Assembly: GCA_031425655.1 (NCBI GenBank)
Contig: JANPJS010000189.1
Coordinates: forward strand, 1-27,436
Direction: 5' to 3'
DNA from: Abditibacteriaceae bacterium
Lineage (GTDB): Bacteria; Armatimonadota; Abditibacteriia; Abditibacteriales; Abditibacteriaceae
Length of the DNA: 27,436 bases
Both the position numbers and the translations under genes were made by a program. Numbering within the stretch: position 1 is the first letter of the stretch; each line of letters begins with the position of its first letter. Shown here in pieces: positions 1 to 8,246 of this stretch. The notes under the pieces were generated by a model, which did no database searches, had not been told where the DNA came from, and worked only from the letters and a program-made list of their open reading frames with translations.

Positions 1-177
1 TGCGATTGAAATCGCGGCTCTGGGCGTTCCGCCGAGCGTCCGCCTTCGCGGACGCAGAAATTAGCTCGAAACCCCGTCCGCGAAGGCGGACGCTCGGCCA
101 AAGGCCTTGAGCCGCGATTTCAATCGCAGGGCACACACGCACGCTGCTTACCACAACCAACTGCGTAACATGAGTTA
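1..177. repeat. Nested palindromic REP/MITE-like element (left end cut by window edge)
   Basis: 1-20 (tgcgattgaaatcgcggctc) is the perfect reverse complement of 109-128, and 31-54 of 75-98. Each arm contains its own mini-hairpin (gcgat-tgaa-atcgc; cgtccgc-cttc-gcggacg). The terminal motif at 158-174 matches 24950-24966 in reverse (15/17). Confidence 0.85.
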
Positions 178-255
178 TTAAACGCAAAGGCACAAAGAAA
201 AAAGATTCTATTAGGAACTTTAAAGTAAAAATCGCCTCACCGACACCGAAAAACT

Positions 256-807
256 ATGACGACCGTTCACATTATTCGCCCTGAACCGGGCTTGTCTCCG
301 GAAATCGCCGCCGCGATTTTTACGCTGTCCAACACTGTTTGGCCGCCCGAAGCGGGCAAAGCGGCGCGTCAACTGGACACAGTGCTGGCGCGTTGGCGCG
401 GGCAATCCTCCACTCATTTCGTCATCGGCGAAGGCGAAAATCCAGTCTTGGCGCACGCGCTGATTTTTCGGCGGGAGATTTTTACGCAATCGGGGCCGCT
501 TTTGGTCGGCGCACTGGCGACGGTTTGCGTGCATCCCGATTATCGCGGGCGCGGCTGGGGCGCCGATGTGGTGCGCGCCGCGTTCGATTATCTGCCCGAA
601 CTGGGCGTCGAAGTTTCGCTGTTTCAAAGCGGCGTGCAAGCGTTTTACGAGAAGTTAGGCGGGCGCCGCGTTGCCAATAGTTTTTTCGACGGCACGCGCG
701 CCGATGGCCTAAAAGCCAACCCGTTTTGGGACCCTTGCGAGATGATTTATCCGGCGTCTTTCGCGTGGCCGGACGGCGAAATTGACCTCAACGGCGCTGG
801 ATATTGA
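256..807 (+). CDS. GNAT family N-acetyltransferase
   Basis: 183 aa ORF with acetyl-CoA binding motif A (LATVCVHPDYRGRGWG) and the downstream FYEKLG motif. Confidence 0.9.
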   Translation: MTTVHIIRPEPGLSPEIAAAIFTLSNTVWPPEAGKAARQLDTVLARWRGQSSTHFVIGEGENPVLAHALIFRREIFTQSGPLLVGALATVCVHPDYRGRGWGADVVRAAFDYLPELGVEVSLFQSGVQAFYEKLGGRRVANSFFDGTRADGLKANPFWDPCEMIYPASFAWPDGEIDLNGAGY

Positions 808-892
808 TTCACAACTGCGGCGCTGTCGAGTGATTTTCGCAGCCCGACCGTTTCTTTCTTCTGCTTTCTTGCACCTCGTTTCTCATGTTTAT

Positions 893-1018
893 TAGACCGT
901 AACCTAAGTAACCTCGCATTTCATAGAGACTTGTTCTTGTTCATAAATCCAGTGGTCGAACCGCTTTACAAGCAAAAACAGACTGTCAAAAATGCGAAGA
1001 AACTTAGGTTACGGTTTA
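893..1018. mobile_element. MITE 1, about 126 bp, IS630-like ends
   Basis: Imperfect 29-bp terminal inverted repeats (tagaccgtaacctaagtaacctcgcattt vs reverse complement taaaccgtaacctaagtttcttcgcattt, 25/29). TA at both ends, non-coding interior, and the arm resembles the IS630 TIR at 14624. Confidence 0.75.
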
Positions 1019-1110
1019 TAGCGTTTCTCAGATTGAATGCAACATCAAAGTGCGAGCGGGACGTTTAAGATTCGCTTCGCAATGGTGCATCTTTTCTGAG
1101 AAACGCTATA
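1017..1110. mobile_element. MITE 2, about 94 bp, TATAGCGTTTCTCAGA ends
   Basis: 1017-1032 tatagcgtttctcaga is the perfect reverse complement of 1095-1110 and extends to 24/29 identity. TATA at both ends, and it shares a TA junction with MITE 1. Confidence 0.75.
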
Positions 1111-1485
1111 ATTAGTGCACTCTGGCTCTTAGCGCCCTTACCGCCGGAAATTCTCGGCTACGACATGGGAACTCTGGCCACTTTCGCAGTGCTCGGCGCG
1201 TTGTTGCCCGACTTGGATGCCTCCCAGTCGAAGATAAAACATCTGAAACTGCTGGGCACTTCGTTCAAACCGTTTCTTTTGCCCAGCCAAGTCATTCACC
1301 GCACTGATCAGCATCGCGGGCTTTTGCATTCTTTGGTTGGCCTAAGCCTGATCGTTGGTTTGACACTGCCTGTTGCTTGGTGGGTAGGGTGGGCACCAGT
1401 TGCTGCTCTGGTTCTGGGGTATATCAGCCATTTAGCGGCGGATTCGGCTACCAAGAGCGGGTTGCGACTTTTCTATCCGCGTTAA
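1111..1485 (+). pseudogene. Truncated metal-dependent membrane hydrolase (YdjM/YbcI-like)
   Basis: Motifs GALLPDLD, HRGLLHSL and GYISHLAAD..T..G...YP are present. The frame is open upstream of ATG 1165 (ISALWLLAPLPPEILGYD) up to MITE 2, but the family's N-terminal TH motif is missing and the ORF stops right after FYPR. Confidence 0.7.
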
Positions 1486-1622
1486 GCTTTCTCACACCTA
1501 CAACAATCAGACACCTCATTTTTCAGGGCACACGGTTGGCCCTGTAAACTGCATGGCATCGCCACAATCATTCTCTAAATCTCGCAGAATAGTGAGCGCA
1601 GCGAAACCATGTGAGTCAATTG

Positions 1623-2249
1623 ATGAAATTCCTTTTGGTGGATGATCACGCCATTTTGCGGCAAGGCTTGATGCATATTTTATCGGCGCGTTGGCCACAG
1701 GCTGTTTTTGGTGAAGCCGACAGCGCGGCCAGCGTGTTTCAAATGGCGCGCCGTCACAAATGGGATGCCATGATTCTTGATCTTGGTTTGCCGGATCGGG
1801 GCGGCCTGGAAGTGTTGCGCGAGATTAAGCAAGAGCATCCTCAGCTTCCCGTTTTGGTGTTGAGCGGACAGCCCGAAGAGCAATACGGTTTGCGCGTGTT
1901 CAAAACTGGCGCTTCCGGCTTTCTCAACAAGGGCAGTGATCTCGAACACATTACGGAGGCTTTGGAAAAGGTGCTGAGTGGCGGCAGATACATTAGTCCG
2001 GCCCTGGCCGAAAAAATGGCCGGCAGCTTCAGCGGGCAGCAACAATCGTCGCACGCTGCGCTTTCCGACCGCGAATATGCGGTGCTGTGCATGATCGGTT
2101 CGGGGCAGACCATTTCGCAAATCGCCGCCAAACTTTCGCTCAACGTCAAAACCGTCGGCACCTATCGCGCCCGCCTGCTCGCAAAAATGGGCCTGAAAAC
2201 CAACGCCGAACTGACTTTCTACGCTATTCGCAACGATCTGGTGGAATGA
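1623..2249 (+). CDS. NarL/FixJ (LuxR-HTH) family DNA-binding response regulator
   Basis: REC domain (LLVDDH, ILDLGLP, VLSG, FLNKG) plus LuxR HTH (LSDRE...IAAKLSLNVKTVGTYRARLLAKM). ATG 1623 is preferred over GTG 1611. Confidence 0.95.
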   Translation: MKFLLVDDHAILRQGLMHILSARWPQAVFGEADSAASVFQMARRHKWDAMILDLGLPDRGGLEVLREIKQEHPQLPVLVLSGQPEEQYGLRVFKTGASGFLNKGSDLEHITEALEKVLSGGRYISPALAEKMAGSFSGQQQSSHAALSDREYAVLCMIGSGQTISQIAAKLSLNVKTVGTYRARLLAKMGLKTNAELTFYAIRNDLVE

Positions 2250-2250
2250 C

Positions 2251-2293
2251 TTTGTGCCCCGTGTTTTTCTTGTAAGAAAAAACCGGACACAAA
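2251..2293. promoter_or_regulatory. Imperfect intergenic palindrome (hairpin or operator)
   Basis: tttgtg/cacaaa outer arms and tttttctt-gt-aagaaaaa inner arms lie directly after the regulator stop codon. Function is not determinable. Confidence 0.35.
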
Positions 2294-2355
2294 CACGCGG
2301 ATTGTTCTGACATAGATTCCGGCTTGATAAGGGCATAATAAGAATGACCAAATAA

Positions 2356-3909
2356 ATGCGCCATTCTGTGGCCTCTCTGGAGTTGAGCCGGCTGAAACAC
2401 GAACAAGAAAGCGACAAACAGCGTTTGGTGAACAGGCGCGTTTACGGAGGATTCGGCGGCCTGGTTCTGCTGCTACTGGTTCTTTTATCCGTAGCTTTCC
2501 AGAGTTTTGGCCAATTAGCCGAAGCCAATCGCTGGAATATTCACTCCTATCAGGTTCTGGGCGAAATTCGCGGGCTGACGAGCAGCTTGTTTTATCTCAA
2601 GCGCGACGCGCGCAACTTCGTGAACCAGCGCAATGCCAAGCTGATAGCGGAACTCAGAGTAGATAAAGCCGACTTCCGTGACAACTTGCTGCAAACCTCG
2701 ACCGTGACCGCTGACAGCCCCCAACACCAAGCGCGCCTTCGCAAAATTAATGAGCTGTATTTGCGCTGGCTCGATGATTATCTCGAACCCTTACTCCTCG
2801 GCCAGACACCGGACAAAGACGCGGGCAAGCGCCACATGGACGCTATGCGCGCTTTGCTCAAAGACATGAAACAGGCCGAGTCCGATTTGCTGGATTATCG
2901 CGCCGCGCGGGCTGCCGAACTGCAAAAGCGCACAACCATCACACTGCTTTTGGGCGGCGGCTTCGCTATTTTAGTCGCCATCACGCTTTCGACGCTGCTG
3001 GCCAAAAGCGCAGGGGAGTTGGAGCGCACCAATCAGCGATTGGAACGTGAAGGCGCCGAAAGAGCGCGGGCGCAAGATGAATTGGCGAAGCTTCACCAAG
3101 ATTTGCAACAAGCGCACGACGAACTGGACGAGCGCGTGCGCCAACGCACCGACGAACTGGAAAAGTCACGGGAGCATCTGCGCGCCTTAGCCGGGCATAT
3201 CGAGTTGGTGCGCGAAGAAGAACGCACGCGCATGGCCCGCGACATTCACGATCAGCTCGGACAGGCCATGACGGGCTTGAAAATGGACGCGCTCTGGCTG
3301 CACAATCACCTGCCGAAACCTGTTGCCACCGTCGGGCTGGGCGGCCCGGCGGGTGTCGCCAGAAGCGACGGGAACGAATCGCGGCGCAAAATCGAAGCGA
3401 TGATGCGTTTGATTGACGGCACGATTCATTTAGTCGGTAAAATCGCCTCCGACTTACGCCCGGCAATTTTAGACGATCTGGGTTTAGTCGCCGCTATCGA
3501 ATGGCAGGCCGGAGAATTTGAAGAACGTTCTGGTGTTTCCTGCACTTTCGAGGCTTTGGCCGACGACGATCATTTGCCGCCTGATGTCGCAACCGGCGCG
3601 TTTCGCATCATGCAAGAGGCGCTGACTAACGTCGCGCGCCATGCCGGGGCCACGCAAGTGAAAATCGTGCTGGCCGAAAACCAAAGCGATTTAATCTTGA
3701 CCATCGCCGACAACGGGCGCGGGCTGCAAGGCCCGCCGCGCGATCCCAAATCGCTGGGCCTGATGGGAATGCGCGAACGCGCGCTGCTGCTGGGCGGCAC
3801 CATCACAGTAGAAGGCGCGGCGGGAGAAGGCACAACGGTCACTCTGCGCGTGCCGTTATCTTCTGCCGAAAAACCCGCCGCGCCGAATGCAAGTGCTGCA
3901 ACTGTTTAA
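2356..3909 (+). CDS. CHASE3-domain sensor histidine kinase (HisKA_3/NarX type)
   Basis: TM helix - CHASE3-like region (WNIHSYQVL, LLDYR) - TM helix - coiled coil - H-box ERTRMARDIHDQLGQ - N-box QEALTNVARHA - DNGRG - GLMGMRER - GEGTTV. Confidence 0.93.
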   Translation: MRHSVASLELSRLKHEQESDKQRLVNRRVYGGFGGLVLLLLVLLSVAFQSFGQLAEANRWNIHSYQVLGEIRGLTSSLFYLKRDARNFVNQRNAKLIAELRVDKADFRDNLLQTSTVTADSPQHQARLRKINELYLRWLDDYLEPLLLGQTPDKDAGKRHMDAMRALLKDMKQAESDLLDYRAARAAELQKRTTITLLLGGGFAILVAITLSTLLAKSAGELERTNQRLEREGAERARAQDELAKLHQDLQQAHDELDERVRQRTDELEKSREHLRALAGHIELVREEERTRMARDIHDQLGQAMTGLKMDALWLHNHLPKPVATVGLGGPAGVARSDGNESRRKIEAMMRLIDGTIHLVGKIASDLRPAILDDLGLVAAIEWQAGEFEERSGVSCTFEALADDDHLPPDVATGAFRIMQEALTNVARHAGATQVKIVLAENQSDLILTIADNGRGLQGPPRDPKSLGLMGMRERALLLGGTITVEGAAGEGTTVTLRVPLSSAEKPAAPNASAATV

Positions 3910-3919
3910 AAGAGGAAGA

Positions 3920-5512
3920 ATGCAAACCAAACTTAAAGTTTTCATCGCCGACGATTCGTTTTTAATCCGTGAACGCTTGGCCGGCGTGCTGGACGGCTTG
4001 AACGAAATTGAACTCGTCGGGCAGGCCGAAGATGCAATGCAGGCCTTAGAAGGCATTCGCCGCCTTCAGCCCGACGCCGTCGTGCTCGACATCCATATGC
4101 CGTCCGCCGATGGTTATTCCAGCGTGGAAATTCAAAACGGTATTGGCGTATTGGAAGCCATCAAAAAATCGTCGCCCTCGCCGTTTGTCATTATTCTCAG
4201 CAACTACAATTACTCGCAGTATCAGAAAAAGTGCATGGAGGCCGGCGCCGATGCGTTTCTGCATAAAACCAGAGAATTCGACCAGGTCGCCGACTTATTG
4301 GTGCTGCAAGCGATGGAGCAGAAAGCGACGGCTTACCATATTCTCAATGGAACTACCGCCGATCCCGACGAGGCGCCCGCAATCGCCGCCGAAGCCGCGC
4401 CGAAATTCAAAAAGCTGCCGGGCGAAATCAAAGCGATTCTGCGCGTGCCTTACGCCTTGCGGCGCATCCCAACCGACGATTTTGCGACTTTGCTGCCCGT
4501 GCCGACTCAGGTCAGCGCGGGCGACGTGCTGATGGTGCGGCTCGAACAAATGGGGCGCAACACCCGCTTTGAACTGGCCGCCGGACGGCTTTGCAACCTG
4601 CACGAGGGCGATGTTTTAGCCGTCGTGGCGGGCAATCGTTATGCGACCGAGCAGTTCGAGGGTTATGCCGAAATCGACGGCGTGTTCTGCGATTTGCTTT
4701 CGATGGGCGGCCTGTGCGGAAAGGTAAAAAGCAAGCGTTCGGGCATTCCCGACCCGACGAGGCTGCGCGTGCTGGGCGCTCTGGGCAACAGCGATGGCCA
4801 CGCGTTGTGTCTGCACAATTACGGCTTGCCCGAAGTGCCCGAACTGCCGACTGCGCGCCGTCCGCGCACGATTGTCGTCTGCGGCACTTCGATGGATTCG
4901 GGCAAGACTTACACCGCTTTCAGCCTGATTTTTGGCCTGCACAGTCACGGTCACAAGGTCGGCGCCTACAAATTAACCGGCACAGCCGCCGGGCGCGACA
5001 CTTGGAGCATGTTGGACGCGGGCGCTTATCCGGCTCTCGATTTCGTGGATGGCGGGCATGGCTCGACTTATCTATGTGATCTCGAAGAACTGCTGCGTCT
5101 GCATAATTTGCTGTCCACACACGCCGCCGAAGCGGGCGCCGATTGGATTGTCATCGAAGTCGCCGACGGCCTTTTGCAGGCCGAAACCTCGGCTTTGCTG
5201 CAAGACCCGCGCTTTCAAGATACGGTTGATTTCTGGGTGTTCGCGGCGGGCGACCCGCTTGCGGCGACGGGCGGCATTGCGGTTTTGCGCGGCTGGGGCA
5301 TCGAGCCGGTCACGATTTCTGGCCTGCTCACACAAAGCCCTCTGGCGATTCGAGAAGCCAAAGCCGCCACCGGCCTGCCGTGCCTGACCGCGCGAAAACT
5401 GCAATACGGCGATCTCAACGAGCGCCTGATTAACGCCGCCGGCGGCTTGAATGCCAACGGCTCGCCGGTCGCACGCGACCAAAAACCTGTGGAGGAAAAA
5501 TCATGCATTTAA
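3920..5512 (+). CDS. Receiver (REC) domain fused to a DUF1611-like P-loop protein
   Basis: N-terminal REC (FIADDS, VVLDIHMP, ILS, FLHK). The C-terminal part has GNRYAT, LLSMGG, a P-loop-like VCGTSMDSGKT, KLTGTAAGRD and IEVADGLLQAET. RBS agagga precedes ATG 3920. Confidence 0.78.
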   Translation: MQTKLKVFIADDSFLIRERLAGVLDGLNEIELVGQAEDAMQALEGIRRLQPDAVVLDIHMPSADGYSSVEIQNGIGVLEAIKKSSPSPFVIILSNYNYSQYQKKCMEAGADAFLHKTREFDQVADLLVLQAMEQKATAYHILNGTTADPDEAPAIAAEAAPKFKKLPGEIKAILRVPYALRRIPTDDFATLLPVPTQVSAGDVLMVRLEQMGRNTRFELAAGRLCNLHEGDVLAVVAGNRYATEQFEGYAEIDGVFCDLLSMGGLCGKVKSKRSGIPDPTRLRVLGALGNSDGHALCLHNYGLPEVPELPTARRPRTIVVCGTSMDSGKTYTAFSLIFGLHSHGHKVGAYKLTGTAAGRDTWSMLDAGAYPALDFVDGGHGSTYLCDLEELLRLHNLLSTHAAEAGADWIVIEVADGLLQAETSALLQDPRFQDTVDFWVFAAGDPLAATGGIAVLRGWGIEPVTISGLLTQSPLAIREAKAATGLPCLTARKLQYGDLNERLINAAGGLNANGSPVARDQKPVEEKSCI

Positions 5513-5820
5513 AAATCATGGCGCTCGCCTTAACTTTGGCAATTCCCGTCTTAGCCGCGCCGAAAGTGGCGCCGCACCCGAAAACCTCAGTCAAAACCAC
5601 AAAAAAACCGGCGCATTCCAAAACCATCAAGCGATTGGAAGCGACTTTGAATCGCAAACTCACGGATGCCGAAAAGCAAAAAGTGCGCGCCGTGCGCGAT
5701 GCGTATGACCGCGATCTGGCCCGCGCCGTTGGCCTGACCCCAGCGCAAATGGCAGCCAAAGCCAAAGCCTATAAAGCGGCGCATAAAAACGCCGCTTCCG
5801 ACAAGGACGACGCGCGATGA
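5503..5820 (+). CDS. Small secreted basic helical protein, LTxxQ (Spy/CpxP)-like
   Basis: Signal peptide MHLKIMALALTLAIPVLA-A, Lys-rich, with motifs LTDAEK and LTPAQ. RBS ggagg is present and the gene overlaps both neighbours. Confidence 0.7.
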   Translation: MHLKIMALALTLAIPVLAAPKVAPHPKTSVKTTKKPAHSKTIKRLEATLNRKLTDAEKQKVRAVRDAYDRDLARAVGLTPAQMAAKAKAYKAAHKNAASDKDDAR

Positions 5821-8246
5821 AGCAAGGCCGCGTCTGGCTCTGGCACCTTGACGAAGCGCGTTTGTGCGGCGGTTTCGTCACGCTCGAAAACGTGGATTTG
5901 CCGCGCCTTGACGCCGATTTGTCGCAGGGACTTCGCGGTCAATGGGTGCGCGTTCGCAATGCGGGCGCTTTGCCCGTTCCCGACGACCTTGGCACGCTGC
6001 ACAATGTGGATTTTGGCCCGGCGCAGCCCGATGCCAGCGGCGATTATTTGTTCGATCATCGGCGCGGCGGCGGGCGCGTGGAGCGATTCTCCTTTCGCAC
6101 TCCAAAATACCGCTGGCGCTACGAAGAAGCGGCGCGCTTTGGCGAAGTCAACACGTATTTTCACGCCGACTGCATCGCCGATTATCTCAACGGCATTTTG
6201 CAGGAATTAGGCGCGCCTGCGCTGCCGCCGGTCACGATTGTCGTCAACGCGCATCACGCCGCGACCGAACTGGAACCCGGCATCCGCGACGGAGTGCGGC
6301 GCGGCTACCGCTTCGTGCCGTTTCATGGCGGGCACTATCGCTTGCCCGGCCCGGTCTACAAGGTTTACGAACACGAACCTGTCGAGCAAACCGGCGAAGT
6401 TCACCTTGGCCCCGGCTGGAAATTGCTTCAACACGGCGCTCTCGTTGAAGCCGCCGGAGGCGCGTATCGCTCCAACGCTTCGCACAATGCGCCGATTATT
6501 TATCACGAATACGGCCACCACTTAACGCGCCACACGGCGGATTTTCGCGCGAATGCTTTGAAGAATCCGCAAAACCAGAACAATCTCAAAACCGCGATGG
6601 ACGAAGGCATCTGCGATTACTTCACCGCTGTGATGTTGGGTGTGCCGCACATCTGGGCATGGCACCGGCGCCACGACGAAGAAGAAATCCATCAGCGCAG
6701 TTTGGTTTCGCCGCTGACAATGGCCGATTTTGACCTTTCTTCGCAAGCCGACCCGCATTTTAACGGCACCATCTGGGCGGCGGCCTTGTGGAACTTACGC
6801 TGTCGCATGGAAGCACAAAATGAAGGCGCCGGACGCGACGCCGATAAAATTCTGCTGCAATCGCTTTTGCTTTTGGGCCGCGTAATCGGCGAGGAAAAGC
6901 CGCTTTCGATAAAAAGCATTCGCCGCGCACGGGACGGCTTCGACATCGGACTTCGCGCCCTTTTGTGCGCCGACGAAATGCTTTTTGGGGCACGCAATAG
7001 CGCTTTAATCTGCGAAGTGTTCACTTCGCGCGGAATTGAGCCGAGCGAAGCATTGAACCTCGCCGCCGAGGGCGATTTGGAAGCGATGATTCACGGCGAA
7101 GAGGAACTTTCCGACGCCGCCTGCGCTTGCGAAAGCCCGGCGGATTCGCTCGAAGACGCTCTGGAAAGATTGCGCCGCCACAACGCGCCCGAAGAGATTC
7201 CCGCCGATGAAGACATCATGTCCGGCGACGAATTAAAAGCGTTTCTCAAAGCGCAAAAAGCGCCGCCGCTTTCACTCATCGCAACCGGCGATTCGATGCT
7301 GGGAGGCCGCACACGCCCGATTTTGGCCGAACATGGCAAGGATTATATTTTCGCCGGGACGCGCCCGCTTTTGCGTCGCGCACCGATTGTTTTAGGCAAC
7401 TTGGAAGGCCCGTTTGCCCGCGAAGCGCCGAAGGAAAGCCGCAATTACTCTTATCGCGTCAATCCGAAACTGGCGGCTGTTCTCAAGCGCGCGGGATTTA
7501 ATGTGCTGACGCTTGCCAACAATCATTTGCTGGACTGCGGGCGCAAAGGCGTTTTTGAAACTTTAACCGCGCTCGAAGCTGCTGAAATCGCGCCGCTGGG
7601 CGCCGGAATCAACGACAAGGCCGCGCACGAGCCAGTTATTTTGCAGGCGGGCGATTTATCGGTCGGGTTGCTTGGTTATTATTGGAATCGCCGCACCTCG
7701 GCGCGTCCGAAACTACCCGGCAGCGCGATGGATTCGCCCGAAGAAATACAGGCCGATATTAGCGCTCTGCGTCCGCGCGTCGACCGCGTTGTTGCCACCT
7801 TTCACTGGGGCGTGCCTTATGAGCGCGAGCCATCAAGTGAAGACCGCGCCAAAGCGCGCTTTGCCATTGATTGCGGCGCCGATGCTGTGATCGGGCATCA
7901 TCCACATATTGTGCAGCCGTTCGAGATTTACAATGGCTGCCCAATTTTCTACAGCGTCGGCAATTTCGCGTTCGGTTCGGGCAACAGCAAAGGCGAAAGT
8001 TTGCTGGTTGGTATGGGCTTTGAGGACGACTGCACGCGCATCGAAGCGTATCCGGTTTATGTGAAAAACCGCGATCCTCGCCTCAATTATCAGCCCAAAG
8101 TGTTGCGCGGAGCAGCAGGCGCGCACGTTTTAAATCGTCTGGTGGAAATCTCCGGCGAACACGGACGCGCCTTGAATCTGGAATCGTGCCGCGCCACGCT
8201 TAGCCTTCCTTATACGCGCCGTCAAAGCGAGGTCGCTTCGTGTTGA
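5817..8246 (+). CDS. M36/M4-like zinc metallopeptidase fused to a CapA-family metallophosphatase domain
   Basis: N-half has HEYGH (HExxH), DEGICD (third Zn ligand) and PHFNGTIWA. C-half has TGDSMLG, GNLEGP, LANNHLLDCG, FHWG, GHHPH and YSVGNF, typical of CapA/PGA_cap. ATGA overlap with the upstream gene. Confidence 0.85.
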   Translation: MKQGRVWLWHLDEARLCGGFVTLENVDLPRLDADLSQGLRGQWVRVRNAGALPVPDDLGTLHNVDFGPAQPDASGDYLFDHRRGGGRVERFSFRTPKYRWRYEEAARFGEVNTYFHADCIADYLNGILQELGAPALPPVTIVVNAHHAATELEPGIRDGVRRGYRFVPFHGGHYRLPGPVYKVYEHEPVEQTGEVHLGPGWKLLQHGALVEAAGGAYRSNASHNAPIIYHEYGHHLTRHTADFRANALKNPQNQNNLKTAMDEGICDYFTAVMLGVPHIWAWHRRHDEEEIHQRSLVSPLTMADFDLSSQADPHFNGTIWAAALWNLRCRMEAQNEGAGRDADKILLQSLLLLGRVIGEEKPLSIKSIRRARDGFDIGLRALLCADEMLFGARNSALICEVFTSRGIEPSEALNLAAEGDLEAMIHGEEELSDAACACESPADSLEDALERLRRHNAPEEIPADEDIMSGDELKAFLKAQKAPPLSLIATGDSMLGGRTRPILAEHGKDYIFAGTRPLLRRAPIVLGNLEGPFAREAPKESRNYSYRVNPKLAAVLKRAGFNVLTLANNHLLDCGRKGVFETLTALEAAEIAPLGAGINDKAAHEPVILQAGDLSVGLLGYYWNRRTSARPKLPGSAMDSPEEIQADISALRPRVDRVVATFHWGVPYEREPSSEDRAKARFAIDCGADAVIGHHPHIVQPFEIYNGCPIFYSVGNFAFGSGNSKGESLLVGMGFEDDCTRIEAYPVYVKNRDPRLNYQPKVLRGAAGAHVLNRLVEISGEHGRALNLESCRATLSLPYTRRQSEVASC

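Noticed and set aside
1680..2417. 245-aa minus-strand ORF
   Set aside because: Antisense shadow of the well-supported response regulator, with no recognisable motifs.
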